DNA of 64,000 nt from an uncultured Bdellovibrionales bacterium (GTDB lineage Bacteria; Patescibacteriota; Minisyncoccia; Moranbacterales; UBA1568), in NCBI GenBank assembly GCA_964597355.1, contig CAZQWS010000003.1:15301-79300 (forward strand), given 5' to 3'. How positions within the stretch are numbered: position 1 is the stretch's first letter; each line of letters opens with the position of its first letter. The translations under genes were made by a program, and so were the position numbers. This document shows, piece by piece, positions 9,564-18,827 of this stretch. Under the pieces are notes generated by a model that worked only from the letters and a program-made list of their open reading frames with translations, searched no databases and had not been told where the DNA came from.

Positions 9564-10784
9564 TTAGCGCGTATTGTCAACAGAAGTTATAGCTGAATGA
9601 TAGATAGTTTCTAGGGCAGCAAGATATTTATCCCGAGTCAGGTCCTGGATGCTTTTCCAGGCATTTTGACCCAACCCTGCTTGATCGAATTGATTAAACC
9701 GTTTGATGGCACTCCGAAGACTCTCAGCGTTGCCCGTTTCAAAAAGAAAACCATTGGATCCGTCTTGAACACGTTCGGGAATCCCACCAAGATTGGAGCC
9801 AATGACTGGTTTCCCAAACGAAAAAGCTTCAAGCATCACGTACGGCATATTCTCATACCACACCGAAGGCAAGATAAACGCTTTGGCGCCACGGAAAATA
9901 TCGTCCAACGTTTCACCGGTTTGAAAACCAAGAAAAACTACATTACTTAATCCTTGAGTTTCTTGATATTCCTTCAAGGCTACTTCTTCTGGTCCCGTAC
10001 CGACGATCACCAGCTTTTCATTGGGCAATTGTGCGAAGGCTTGGAGGAGTGTCTCTACACCCTTCTCCGGTGACAAACGTCCGACAAACAAGAAATATTC
10101 GCCCGTACCAAACTCAGTCGGCGGCAACGGAAACGGGTCCAATGGTTGAGGCACATGTTGGATGAGATATGGAAAACCCAGTTCTTTGTAGGTTTTGATA
10201 AGAAAACGACTCGGAGCAATAAACCGATCCACTTTGGCATAGCTCCGAATCAGTCGATGCAGCCAGGTTTCTACCGCACAAACAGCACTCTTCACAAGGG
10301 AGTCTTTAACCACCCGATCCACAAGACAACGCCAACCCGAAGTGGAAAACCAGATTTTGCCTTGCGCAAAAAGACTGTAGTTCGGCGACACCGCTTTATA
10401 ATCATGCAACGTCATCACTATTGGCACTCGATGTTTTTTGAGCGTCCAAAGAATTGAGGGCGAAAGCTGGTGATATGTATTGTGAAGATGAGCGACATCA
10501 GGCTTGAATTCTTGTATCAAGGCCTCCAGTTTCTGACTCGCCTCAAAATTCCATATGATGCGCAGCCCAGCTTTGGCTTTAGAGAAAAAAGATTGCTGAT
10601 CGTCAAGATAATCCACAGGACTCGCAAAAAATGACTCACAAGTACTTCCCTCATTGTTCGGATGTTCCATAGAGAAAAAAGCGACCTCGTTCCCGTTTTC
10701 TGCTAAAATACGAGCAGTATCAAAATAGGCTCGTTCCGCGCCGCCTTTTTTGTAGTGAAATTTGTTGATGATAAGTACTCGCAT
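9564..10784 (-). CDS. glycosyltransferase, GT4 family
   Basis: 'MRVLIINKFHYKKGGAERAYFD' N-terminus and the C-terminal 'PSVWYENMPYVMLEAFSFGKPVIGSNLGGIPE' GT4 motif. Confidence 0.75.
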   Translation of the reverse strand: MRVLIINKFHYKKGGAERAYFDTARILAENGNEVAFFSMEHPNNEGSTCESFFASPVDYLDDQQSFFSKAKAGLRIIWNFEASQKLEALIQEFKPDVAHLHNTYHQLSPSILWTLKKHRVPIVMTLHDYKAVSPNYSLFAQGKIWFSTSGWRCLVDRVVKDSLVKSAVCAVETWLHRLIRSYAKVDRFIAPSRFLIKTYKELGFPYLIQHVPQPLDPFPLPPTEFGTGEYFLFVGRLSPEKGVETLLQAFAQLPNEKLVIVGTGPEEVALKEYQETQGLSNVVFLGFQTGETLDDIFRGAKAFILPSVWYENMPYVMLEAFSFGKPVIGSNLGGIPERVQDGSNGFLFETGNAESLRSAIKRFNQFDQAGLGQNAWKSIQDLTRDKYLAALETIYHSAITSVDNTR

Positions 10785-10947
10785 GAGTTCGTGTTGAGTA
10801 TTGTGTATACAGTATAGCGTATATTAGAATCAACCCTCCTAAAACACTCTCATTTCAAACTAGGTGGCTACACCTTGTGAGTGACCGCGAACGTATCCTC
10901 GTTCAGGAAGCAAACAAGGTTAGACACCGCGTCATAATAGGCTAACT

Positions 10948-11604
10948 ATGCTATCATCTATCGTTGAGACCATCGCAAATTCAGTTTCGGCTAAAAACCG
11001 GACCAGAAAGTGGCTCCAGTTTTTGGAATGGGCCAAGACAACACCCGCAACTACTATTCTTGATATCGGGGTCAACACTATCGAATATTCCGAGAACGAT
11101 AACCTCCTTGAACGGCTCTATAGTTATCCGGCCAATATCACCGCCGTCGGTCTCGAAACAGATTGGGACGAATTCCGAACTCGGTATCCCGAAGTCAAAA
11201 CCCAAACAGCCGACGGGACTAAGCTTCCTTTCTCAGACAACAGTTTTGACATTGCGTACTCTAACGCTGTGATCGAACATGTGGGAAACCGAGAAAAGCA
11301 ACTCATCTTTCTCAAAGAAATGCACCGCGTAGGAAAGCATGGCTACTGTACCACACCCAATCGTTTTTTTCCTATCGAAGTCCATACCCGTATTCCTCTC
11401 TTGCATATTCTCCTCTCCAAATCTCTCTTCGATCGAATAGCCACTCTCATCGGGAAAAGCTGGGCTACCGGCGACTACATGCACCTCCTTTCTGAACGAG
11501 AGTTGCGTGCCCTCTTGGAACAAGCTGGCATTACCGAATATACGCTCATCAAAAACCGTTTCTTCAGCTTTCCCATGACCATTACCGTGTACTGGACCAA
11601 ATAA
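10948..11604 (+). CDS. class I SAM-dependent methyltransferase
   Basis: 'ILDIGVN' glycine-rich motif I and 'FDIAYSNAVIEHV' (Methyltransf_11/23-like). Divergent from the GT4 gene. Confidence 0.6.
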   Translation: MLSSIVETIANSVSAKNRTRKWLQFLEWAKTTPATTILDIGVNTIEYSENDNLLERLYSYPANITAVGLETDWDEFRTRYPEVKTQTADGTKLPFSDNSFDIAYSNAVIEHVGNREKQLIFLKEMHRVGKHGYCTTPNRFFPIEVHTRIPLLHILLSKSLFDRIATLIGKSWATGDYMHLLSERELRALLEQAGITEYTLIKNRFFSFPMTITVYWTK

Positions 11605-11607
11605 CCT

Positions 11608-12984
11608 ATGCTTCTCGATACTACTTTGACGCCTCACTGGAAGAATCCGCTCATTTGGATCGGAACAGCCGGCGTTTTTTGTTGCCTACTCCTCCTTTCA
11701 CTCATTCTTAACATTTCACTCCTCTTTCCTTTGGTCGTAGCCTTTGGGACGCTCTCGCTCATACTCCTCTTTCGGGCTCCCCTCTTGCTCCTGTCACTCC
11801 TCTTCATAGTGCGCATGTCACTCGACTACTCGTCGCAATACATCGGTCTCTCTCTGTGGACTATCACGCTTTCACTCTCGCAACTCCTTGGTCTCAGCAT
11901 CGCCCTTCTTGGAATCATTTCTATTGTTGTACATTTCCAGAAACTTCTCCGTTTTCCACTCCTTGCACCTTTCCTCGTTGTTACTCTCTGGGGACTGCTT
12001 ACCATTACCTACTCTATCAGCCCCAACGCTACGGCGTACGAACTCTTACGCTTCTTCAATCTCTTTGTAATCGGCTTTCTCGCTTTTGTTTCCATCACCC
12101 GATACCGCGACTTTCGTACCCTCCTCCATGCCATCTTTCTTTCCGGTATTTTGCCTGTCTTGTTCGGCCTCTACCAATTTATCTTCCATATCGGCCTCAA
12201 CGATGAAAATGTTTCCATCCCACGCATTTTTGGCACCTTCAGCCACCCTAATGTCTACAGTTTATTCCTATTCGCACTCATTGCCCTCGGTATTCTCTAT
12301 TTCCTCATCTATGCCAAAACTCGTGAGTCGCGATTCATGATCATGGGCTACCTCGCCCTCCTCACGGTAACCCTCCTCCTCACCTACGCTCGCATTGCCT
12401 GGATCGCGCTTTTTGTTTTTCTTTTTTTACTCTCGCTCTGGCGTTTCCGCCCCTTGCTGATCCCGCTTATGTTGTTTCCGATCATCCTCGTCACGTTTTC
12501 CGTGAGTATCCAAGATCGAGTCAATGAGGCATTCCATCCCACCCCAGACAGCTCCATCACCTGGCGCCAAAATCTCTGGCACGACATGGTACTCAAAACT
12601 GACTTCGAAAACCGTGAACTCTTGGGAAGTGGCATGGACACGTTTCGGATTTCCTCTGAACAGTTGCGTGGCCTACGTTTCGGTTCCAATGACCCTCACA
12701 ATGACTTTATTAAATTCTACGTCGAAGGTGGCGTGGTTGGAATCGCTGTTCTTGTGCTTTACATCAGCTTACTCCTCTTTTTCATTATCCGTATCTATTA
12801 CAAAACCCCGAGTCACAGCCTGCGCACCCTCGCTACGCTCTCTGGATTTGTGATTCTTACCCTCCTCCTAGCCAGTCTTTCTGACAATGTTTTCAAAAAC
12901 ACACCCGTCCAGTGGATACTCTGGACCATGCTCGGCGGCCTCCTCGCCCTCTATCGTGAATCAATAAAAAAATCATTAGAATAA
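11608..12984 (+). CDS. O-antigen ligase / Wzy-like polytopic membrane protein
   Basis: About 10-12 TM helices plus the Wzy_C-type loop 'HPHNDFIKFYVEGGVVGIAVLVLYI'. Confidence 0.6.
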   Translation: MLLDTTLTPHWKNPLIWIGTAGVFCCLLLLSLILNISLLFPLVVAFGTLSLILLFRAPLLLLSLLFIVRMSLDYSSQYIGLSLWTITLSLSQLLGLSIALLGIISIVVHFQKLLRFPLLAPFLVVTLWGLLTITYSISPNATAYELLRFFNLFVIGFLAFVSITRYRDFRTLLHAIFLSGILPVLFGLYQFIFHIGLNDENVSIPRIFGTFSHPNVYSLFLFALIALGILYFLIYAKTRESRFMIMGYLALLTVTLLLTYARIAWIALFVFLFLLSLWRFRPLLIPLMLFPIILVTFSVSIQDRVNEAFHPTPDSSITWRQNLWHDMVLKTDFENRELLGSGMDTFRISSEQLRGLRFGSNDPHNDFIKFYVEGGVVGIAVLVLYISLLLFFIIRIYYKTPSHSLRTLATLSGFVILTLLLASLSDNVFKNTPVQWILWTMLGGLLALYRESIKKSLE

Positions 12985-12990
12985 AGAAAA

Positions 12991-13040
12991 AAGAGGGTTT
13001 TGGATATGCTTTTGAGCATTTTTCCAAAACCCTCTTTGAA
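12991..13040. terminator. bidirectional hairpin terminator between convergent genes
   Basis: Perfect inverted repeat aagagggttttgga (12991-13004) / tccaaaaccctctt (13023-13036) in an A/T-rich context. Lies between the 12984 (+) gene end and the 13068 (-) gene end. Confidence 0.5.
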
Positions 13041-13067
13041 TTTCCCAACAACGCTCTCTCGTAATAC

Positions 13068-13811
13068 CTACGGACGGGACACGCCGAATACCCGCGGCAC
13101 AAGCACCGTTTGGTACTGACCCTTGGTGTCACCAATCCAGTCCGAGAGCCAGGCCTCGCAGTTGTTGGACGTAGCGCAGCCTTGGGACCATCCATTGTAG
13201 TCCATGTTGCCTCGCCAGTAATCCATACCAAACTGCAATCGCGCATCCCCCTCAACCTTCACCACAGCAAGGATGCCATAACGAGCGCCAGGCACTGCCT
13301 TGACCCGAGGCTCCGTCCACATGTGAACGATTGATTCCGGGATCGGCTTGAGGTTGATGGAGAGTACTCCTCCCGTCAGGCGGACCACCGGCTTTTGGAA
13401 TGCCGGCTTGCCCGAAATGAACCATTCGGGATTGCGCTTGAATTGCGCCCCTTCGAGCTTAAGGGAACTTGCCCCATCGAAGCGAAAGCTCGTCTCGGTG
13501 TCAAAGCCGCCTTCTGGCTTGAAACGAATGATCTCCATCTTCTGGATTTCAATCGTGGCCGGACGGTTGCGTTCACACGCATACACCGTGACGGCGTTCA
13601 ACATGCCAACGACATGGTCGAAACCCTTGGTCGCCATGAACTGCGGCGATTGGTACTCCTGCTTGATGACCTCATTCGGCCACATGGCAGTACCCCTTTC
13701 CCCTGCCTGCGGGATGAGCCGATCGGGAAGGTTAGGAGCGCACGGAGCTGCTTCACTCAAGCCCGAAAACATGAGCGAAACGAGGAAAAAGAGGATGCTG
13801 AGCCAAGTCAT
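13068..13811 (-). CDS. exported hypothetical protein with W/N-rich C-terminus (CLec-like?)
   Basis: Signal peptide 'MTWLSILFFLVSLMFSGLSEA'. C-terminus 'DYWRGNMDYNGWSQGCATSNNCEAWLSDWIGDTKGQYQTVLVP' resembles the DGR-target C-terminus (YW..N.D..W....W...G.Q.VL.P). GC is higher than in neighbouring genes. Confidence 0.5.
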   Translation of the reverse strand: MTWLSILFFLVSLMFSGLSEAAPCAPNLPDRLIPQAGERGTAMWPNEVIKQEYQSPQFMATKGFDHVVGMLNAVTVYACERNRPATIEIQKMEIIRFKPEGGFDTETSFRFDGASSLKLEGAQFKRNPEWFISGKPAFQKPVVRLTGGVLSINLKPIPESIVHMWTEPRVKAVPGARYGILAVVKVEGDARLQFGMDYWRGNMDYNGWSQGCATSNNCEAWLSDWIGDTKGQYQTVLVPRVFGVSRP

Positions 13812-14012
13812 GTGAGAGCTCCTTGGTTAAAGAACCATTGGATTAAAAAACTGCCAAAACCAAGATACACGATCCAGATTTTGACTATTCATCATGCTAC
13901 AAAGTATATATAAAGTCAAGAGAAAAATAAGCAAAAGAAAAGGGTCTCTCTTGAACTTGCGTTCTTGAGAGACCCGTGATTGGTCAGTTGACCAAGTGAG
14001 CCCGAGGAGAGC

Positions 14013-14756
14013 TCAGTCGTCCTTGCCGGCCGCAACTTCTTGCGGAGCCGGCTGGGTGCCACTCGGCGGCTGGATGATGCGCGCGAGTTCACGGCGAGAC
14101 TGAGGGGTCAGCCTGACCACCTTGCCGGAAGTGTCGTAGCCGACCACCGTCGCTGGGAAGCGCTTGTCATTGGCCGCAAGTACCATGAAGTCGCCGATGC
14201 CGACCGCATTGTTGTTCGGCTTCCAGCCAGCGTGGCCGAGCCATGCCTGCTTGCCGTCGGCCTTGACGAGGAGGAAGTTCATCGGCAGATAGCGAACCGA
14301 CGTCCCGTTCGCCTTGCGGGTCGGGAACCGGAGCACCACTTGGTTGTCGCCAACCTTGGCCGAAGCGATGACGCCGTCCTTGCACTTGTTGTCCAGCTTA
14401 ACGGACGCTGCGGTCTTGCCGCCGCACCAGTCGTTGCCGAGCTCGAGCGCGTAGACGGTGCCACCGCGGAAGTAGGCTGGGTTTTCGCCGTACCACGCTT
14501 CGCGTTTGGCATCCGCGCCGCCTTCCTTCTCGCTCGATTCGCCGTAGGCGTAGAGGTTGGTGAGGGTGAGCGTCGTGGTGCTGCCGTCGGAGTTGAAGTT
14601 GATGACGGAGTCGCCGCCCGGCAAGGGATGGCCCTTGTCGTCGGTATAGCCGTCGACCGCGATCTTCGCCGCGGGTGCAGAAGGCGTCTGCGCCAGCGCG
14701 AACACCGGCACGATGAGGGCGATGAGCGCCCAGAAGAAATTGCGCAGTTGCTTCAT
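14013..14756 (-). CDS. exported hypothetical protein (GC-rich)
   Basis: Start moved to the ATG at 14754-14756 (MKQLRNFFWALIALIVPVFALAQTP is a signal peptide), with 'aaggagg' 8 nt upstream. Local GC is about 70% in sampled 60-mers. The antisense 244-aa ORF is rejected. Confidence 0.5.
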   Translation of the reverse strand: MKQLRNFFWALIALIVPVFALAQTPSAPAAKIAVDGYTDDKGHPLPGGDSVINFNSDGSTTTLTLTNLYAYGESSEKEGGADAKREAWYGENPAYFRGGTVYALELGNDWCGGKTAASVKLDNKCKDGVIASAKVGDNQVVLRFPTRKANGTSVRYLPMNFLLVKADGKQAWLGHAGWKPNNNAVGIGDFMVLAANDKRFPATVVGYDTSGKVVRLTPQSRRELARIIQPPSGTQPAPQEVAAGKDD

Positions 14757-14780
14757 GATGTGGCCCCTCCTTGAGGCTGA

Positions 14781-14838
14781 GTGGGGAAATCCCCGATGGT
14801 AAAGAAGGTTCGCCATTTCCCTAGGGGAAAGGTTCCCC
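14781..14838 (-). promoter_or_regulatory. two GGGGA(A)-N2-3-(T)TCCCC inverted repeats in the 5'UTR of 14013..14756
   Basis: Plus strand 'tggggaaatccccga' (about 14781-14795) and 'ggggaaaggttcccc' (about 14824-14838). They sit between the predicted promoter and the RBS. Confidence 0.3.
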
Positions 14839-14856
14839 ACGGAATAATGACTTTTT

Positions 14857-14885
14857 ATGATAGCGCAAATAATGATTATTGTCAA
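14857..14885 (-). promoter_or_regulatory. sigma70-like promoter TTGACA-17-TATCAT for the 14013..14756 gene
   Basis: Minus strand reads gggTTGACAataatcattatttgcgcTATCATaaaaag. -35 at 14880-14885, -10 at 14857-14862. Preceded (in transcription order) by a hairpin at about 14948-14980. Confidence 0.4.
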
Positions 14886-15108
14886 CCCTAAATAATGTAA
14901 AAAAAAATGGCTATAATAAGCCAATAAATAAGTCTTAAAAAGAATAAAGGGCAGATATCACGAAGATACCCGCCCTTTCAAATTGCGAACGATGTCGCTT
15001 CACTGAATTTCATCTATATCAGTGCCTAAGTCGCATGCGAGGATTGCTCCCTACAGTGGCGCCAAGACCTATTTATGCATCAATAGATTTAGTTCAGTGA
15101 TATACAGC

Positions 15109-16941
15109 CTACTTCAATGGCGGCGGGCCAATATCGATCGACTTGATGAAGCCGTTCTTGGCCCGATCCATCGCGACCCCTCGCTCGGCGGCTTCGCTCA
15201 CGATTTGGTGCTGACGCACCTTGTCGCGGACAACGCGGCCACCCTTGACGGGATCAGCCCACCAGCCGAGAGCTGGGACGAGGTCTTTGCAGTCCTCTTT
15301 GAGGTCACAGTTGAACCCAACACCAAGGCCCGCGATGTGGTTCGGGTCGGCAATGCCGCCCCGCAGGCTCATCGAAGCACTGGTCGGATGCTGAACGAAG
15401 ACCCCTGCCTGGAAGTACGGGTGTACCAACGCGTCCGGAGACTCGTAGATCCACTGACGGAACCCCGCCTGGAGACCGAAGTCGAAACGCGAGAGATCAC
15501 CCGTATCGGCAATTGGCTTGCCGAAGTACGAGTGACTCACGTCCTTGCCCAGGGGGAAGGTCAGTGCGCCGAACACTTGCCATTCAGGGAACCATTCCTC
15601 GCCCTTCAGTCGGCGCCGATAGTCGTTGAGGCCAGCGGTTAGTCCCGCGAGGTCGAACTCACGCTTGGAAGCGTAGGCACCCTCCTGGTACTTTTCCACT
15701 TGCTTACCACCGACAATCGATACCTCCCAATCAATCCCCTTGTCGAGGATCTGCTTGTAGGAGGGGCCGAAGAGCACGTTCCAACCACGGAATTGCCCGC
15801 GGTCGCCACTCGTGTTGCCGTCCCACATGGAAGCGGTAATCTTGGCACCGACACCATGCGAGCCGTCGTCACTCGGCAGTCGCCGGAGACAGTACACGCT
15901 AGCGGTCGCGAACGTTGAGTCATCCTTCGCCCCATCATCGTGTGACAGGGTGTACTCCTGACCGAGAGACGCTGCAGGATCGATGTGATCACACATGGCC
16001 TTCGGCTTCGGAGCCTGCACAACTGGCACGACAGGTGTCGGCGGCGGTACAGCAGAAGGTTCGACTTTTACGAACGGAGCGCTAGCAGGTGGCTCAGGCG
16101 AAGTCACCGCCGGTAACGGTGGGACCGGCGGCAGTGTCATTGGGAAGAAGTTGCAGCAGAGTTCAAACTGCCCCACCCACTTGCCATCGATTTCACCAAC
16201 ATTGGCCCACATGTCCTGTTTGACGAGGACACGCCCCTTCCAGTACCCATGACCGAACGACAGACCATCGATGAATGTCCCAGCCTTGATGAGCTTGCGC
16301 TCCTTCACGAGAGTGGTCCACTTCATCGCCGTTTCCTTCGGGATTTCGAGATCCCGAGCGAGTACAGCAATTTGGTCCAACTTCTTGCACACAGGATCAC
16401 CACCAGGACGGCTGAACACACAGTAACCAAGCTTCGTCTTCGAGCAATCGACCAGTTGGTACCGGTTTTTCGGCACGAAGAAACGCTTGCCGACCTTGTT
16501 CATTCTGGCGAGAGTGGCATCGCTCACAACAAGGCTGAGCTTTTGGCCCGGCCGAATGTCATGGCAATCCTCGAGTTTATTCTCGAGGCAGAGTTCCTTC
16601 CAGTCGAGGTCGTACTGCTTCGCGATCTTGATGAGCATGTCGCCCTTCTTGATCATATATTCAGTCGCTTGTTTGTCCTCATTGACAACTTGTTCAGCTG
16701 TCAGTTCAGAGGCAATGCCCGCCGGAACACTCGCCACCGGAGCGGGAGTGCTAGCTGCCAAAACAGTGGGAACCGAAGCTTGCTGCCCCGGTGGATTTAC
16801 CACGTTTTTGGTAACCTGACCAACGTTGCCTTGCTTAGGCGTGTAGGTCGACCAGATTAACCCTGTAATACCAGTGAGCAGGATGACGAAAACCGCCCAT
16901 CCGGCCAACGGGTGACTCTTGGAAGAATATTGTTCACTCAT
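15109..16941 (-). CDS. membrane-anchored LysM-domain protein with Pro-rich linkers and large C-terminal domain of unknown function
   Basis: N-terminal TM 'LAGWAVFVILLTGITGLIWS'. LysM-like block 'YMIKKGDMLIKIAKQYDLDWKELCLENKL...IRPGQKL'. Pro-rich 'PPVPPLPAVTSPEPPASAP...PPPTPVVPVVQAPKP'. GC about 58-72%. Confidence 0.55.
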   Translation of the reverse strand: MSEQYSSKSHPLAGWAVFVILLTGITGLIWSTYTPKQGNVGQVTKNVVNPPGQQASVPTVLAASTPAPVASVPAGIASELTAEQVVNEDKQATEYMIKKGDMLIKIAKQYDLDWKELCLENKLEDCHDIRPGQKLSLVVSDATLARMNKVGKRFFVPKNRYQLVDCSKTKLGYCVFSRPGGDPVCKKLDQIAVLARDLEIPKETAMKWTTLVKERKLIKAGTFIDGLSFGHGYWKGRVLVKQDMWANVGEIDGKWVGQFELCCNFFPMTLPPVPPLPAVTSPEPPASAPFVKVEPSAVPPPTPVVPVVQAPKPKAMCDHIDPAASLGQEYTLSHDDGAKDDSTFATASVYCLRRLPSDDGSHGVGAKITASMWDGNTSGDRGQFRGWNVLFGPSYKQILDKGIDWEVSIVGGKQVEKYQEGAYASKREFDLAGLTAGLNDYRRRLKGEEWFPEWQVFGALTFPLGKDVSHSYFGKPIADTGDLSRFDFGLQAGFRQWIYESPDALVHPYFQAGVFVQHPTSASMSLRGGIADPNHIAGLGVGFNCDLKEDCKDLVPALGWWADPVKGGRVVRDKVRQHQIVSEAAERGVAMDRAKNGFIKSIDIGPPPLK

Positions 16942-17071
16942 AATTCCGGCCTCCTTCAGCCATGAATTCGTTGGAAGAACTCAGGAACAAAGGTGGGCAG
17001 CAAGGAGCGACCCACGCTTCATCCCGAATCGGTTTGAAGACAAGAGGGTCGCTCATCATGAGCCTCTCCTT

Positions 17072-17929
17072 CTATTTGAGACAATCTTCTTTGGCAAACG
17101 CACTCACGACTTGGTAGCCGTAAAGCGCACCTACGAGTGGCAATGCCGCTTCCATCCCGGGCGAGAGCTTGAGACTCGTGCACGAGAGGAGTCGGTCACT
17201 CACGCCATCAAGCGAAGTGAAAGCTATGACAGCCTCCACATCCTGACGGCTTTTCCCGAGGTAGCGTCCGTTTTGACCACGCAGCCCAAAGACATACGTG
17301 AACCCATGGAGCATACCGTCGAGAGCAAGCCGCGCATGTTCGTTGTTGATCGGATCGAGCCGGACCACTTGCATGACCGGTGAACGATTCGTTACAAAGA
17401 AATCAGCGCGGAGTTCCTGGGGATTGAAACCTTTGGGAAATTCCACTCGCTTGCTAAGCGTCGTCATCCCCCATTTCCCGTCCGAAGACAGGATGAGAAT
17501 GGACTTCCCGGCGAAACGCCGGGTGTCAACTGCAAGAGGGAAAAAGACATCAAAGCCTTTCACCTTCTGATCGACGCGTGCCTGATAGAGCTCGATTTTC
17601 CCATGCTCCAGAAACACGATCACTCGAAATGTCTCGCGAATAAGCGGTTGGCGAACCTTGCGGCCACCTTCCACCACTTCGTAACTCCGAGCCGTGTCCA
17701 CGAATTCCTGTTTCCAGTAATCGGGAAGCGGCTCCGGAAGCTTGAAGTACATGTACGCCACCCCTTCGGGTACGAACACATCTGCGTCGAGCACGCGATT
17801 CTGCCAAGGTTCTTGCCTTCCAATGGTCTCGACTGTACGAACTTCGAAACCGCTATCACGCGGAAGCGAAGAAGCACAACCAGTAAGCCAGACGACGACA
17901 AGAGCCAGAATGACACGAGCGAACCTCAT
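17072..17929 (-). CDS. putative lipoprotein, unknown function
   Basis: 'MRFARVILALVVVWLTGCASS' is a signal peptide with an LTGC lipobox. 'gaaggagg' RBS. Immediately upstream of the LysM gene. Confidence 0.45.
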   Translation of the reverse strand: MRFARVILALVVVWLTGCASSLPRDSGFEVRTVETIGRQEPWQNRVLDADVFVPEGVAYMYFKLPEPLPDYWKQEFVDTARSYEVVEGGRKVRQPLIRETFRVIVFLEHGKIELYQARVDQKVKGFDVFFPLAVDTRRFAGKSILILSSDGKWGMTTLSKRVEFPKGFNPQELRADFFVTNRSPVMQVVRLDPINNEHARLALDGMLHGFTYVFGLRGQNGRYLGKSRQDVEAVIAFTSLDGVSDRLLSCTSLKLSPGMEAALPLVGALYGYQVVSAFAKEDCLK

Positions 17930-17988
17930 GTTGAGACTCCTAGTTGAAGTTGAATTGAAGTAGGATGTTTAGGTACTTCTTCGAATCT

Positions 17989-18034
17989 TTCCTCTCGAGA
18001 TTCGCTGAGCATTCTCAGAAAACCTCGAGAGGAA
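17989..18034. terminator. strong hairpin downstream of the Wzz-like gene / upstream of the GC-rich block
   Basis: ttcctctcgag (17989-17999) pairs with ctcgagaggaa (18024-18034), a perfect 11-bp stem. The loop contains the nested ctgag....ctcag. No clear T-tract. Confidence 0.3.
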
Positions 18035-18060
18035 GGAGATGCTCCTTCTTCTCTATGAAC

Positions 18061-18681
18061 TTAGTAACCGCGACCAATGTCTCGGACAATCACTCGAAAA
18101 GCCATGAGCGATATTCCAACCAGAAATCCTAGGGCGATAATCGAAACGAGTTCCTTGGGAGCTGGATTGCGTTCCGTGATCGGCCCAGAGAGAATGCGGA
18201 TCTCGATAGCTTTTTCGTCACCGCCACGAAACTCCATATTCTTAGTAATCAACACATCCGAGAGAGCCTGCATTACTTTGCCTGCCTCTCGATCGGTATC
18301 TGCCTTGACGGTTACAGAAAGCATCCCGAGTTCGATGTTCTTCTCGACCGATACCATCGAGCGCCAAGCTTTGAGCCGCTCACTTTTGTCCATTGGCAAG
18401 AACTCCTTACCTACTTTGCCTGTTTCGATAACAGCGTTGATAAAACGTTCACTCCAAATAGACTCAGACAGCACTTTGCCCAAATACTCGGACGATTTGA
18501 ACAAGGTGTAAAAATCCTGATACTGCGTATTGGACTGCACCACCATAAAATCAGTCGTCACCTTGAAACGAGGCGAGAGGAGTGTCACGCCAAAAAAACT
18601 CACGGCCGCCACAAAGATACCAGCCAAGATCAAGCTGCCTTTTTTGTCGACTAATAGACGGAGAACCTGCGCAAATGACAT
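18061..18681 (-). CDS. Wzz/PCP-like polysaccharide chain-length-determinant family protein (short form)
   Basis: Bitopic, with an N-terminal TM 'LILAGIFVAAVSFFGVTLL' and a C-terminal TM 'IIALGFLVGISLMAF'. About 200 aa, as in CapA/YveK-type short PCPs. Confidence 0.5.
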   Translation of the reverse strand: MSFAQVLRLLVDKKGSLILAGIFVAAVSFFGVTLLSPRFKVTTDFMVVQSNTQYQDFYTLFKSSEYLGKVLSESIWSERFINAVIETGKVGKEFLPMDKSERLKAWRSMVSVEKNIELGMLSVTVKADTDREAGKVMQALSDVLITKNMEFRGGDEKAIEIRILSGPITERNPAPKELVSIIALGFLVGISLMAFRVIVRDIGRGY

Positions 18682-18827
18682 AGATTGATCTATTAAAGAC
18701 TAACGAACAATAATAGCAAAGTTTAATCAAAAAGTCAACCCCGTTAGAAGTTGCGGCTTAAGAGCCTACTTCTAACGGGGCGAGTCCCTTCTATTACTAA
18801 ATTTTAGGCTTTATTTAAGCCAAGAAA

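Noticed and set aside
9287-9580. Full 97-aa ORF as annotated start
   Set aside because: The N-terminal 23 codons overlap the GT4 gene end and precede the only hydrophobic segment. A shorter 74-aa version from MFQKSK is kept at low confidence.
13068-13260. Possible second VR for the DGR in the 3' end of 13068..13811
   Set aside because: Nucleotide alignment to the TR fails beyond short chance matches (e.g. ccagta). Only protein-level resemblance remains, so it is reported as a low-confidence finding rather than as a VR.
14040-14774. 244-aa plus-strand ORF (plus 14167..14512 minus-frame ORFs)
   Set aside because: Antisense to the signal-peptide-bearing gene 14013..14756 in a 70% GC stretch. 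Arg-rich, stop-poor shadow frame. No motifs.
16249-16860. 203-aa plus-strand ORF
   Set aside because: Antisense to the 610-aa LysM-domain gene. GC-rich regions generate long spurious antisense ORFs. Nothing recognisable in it.
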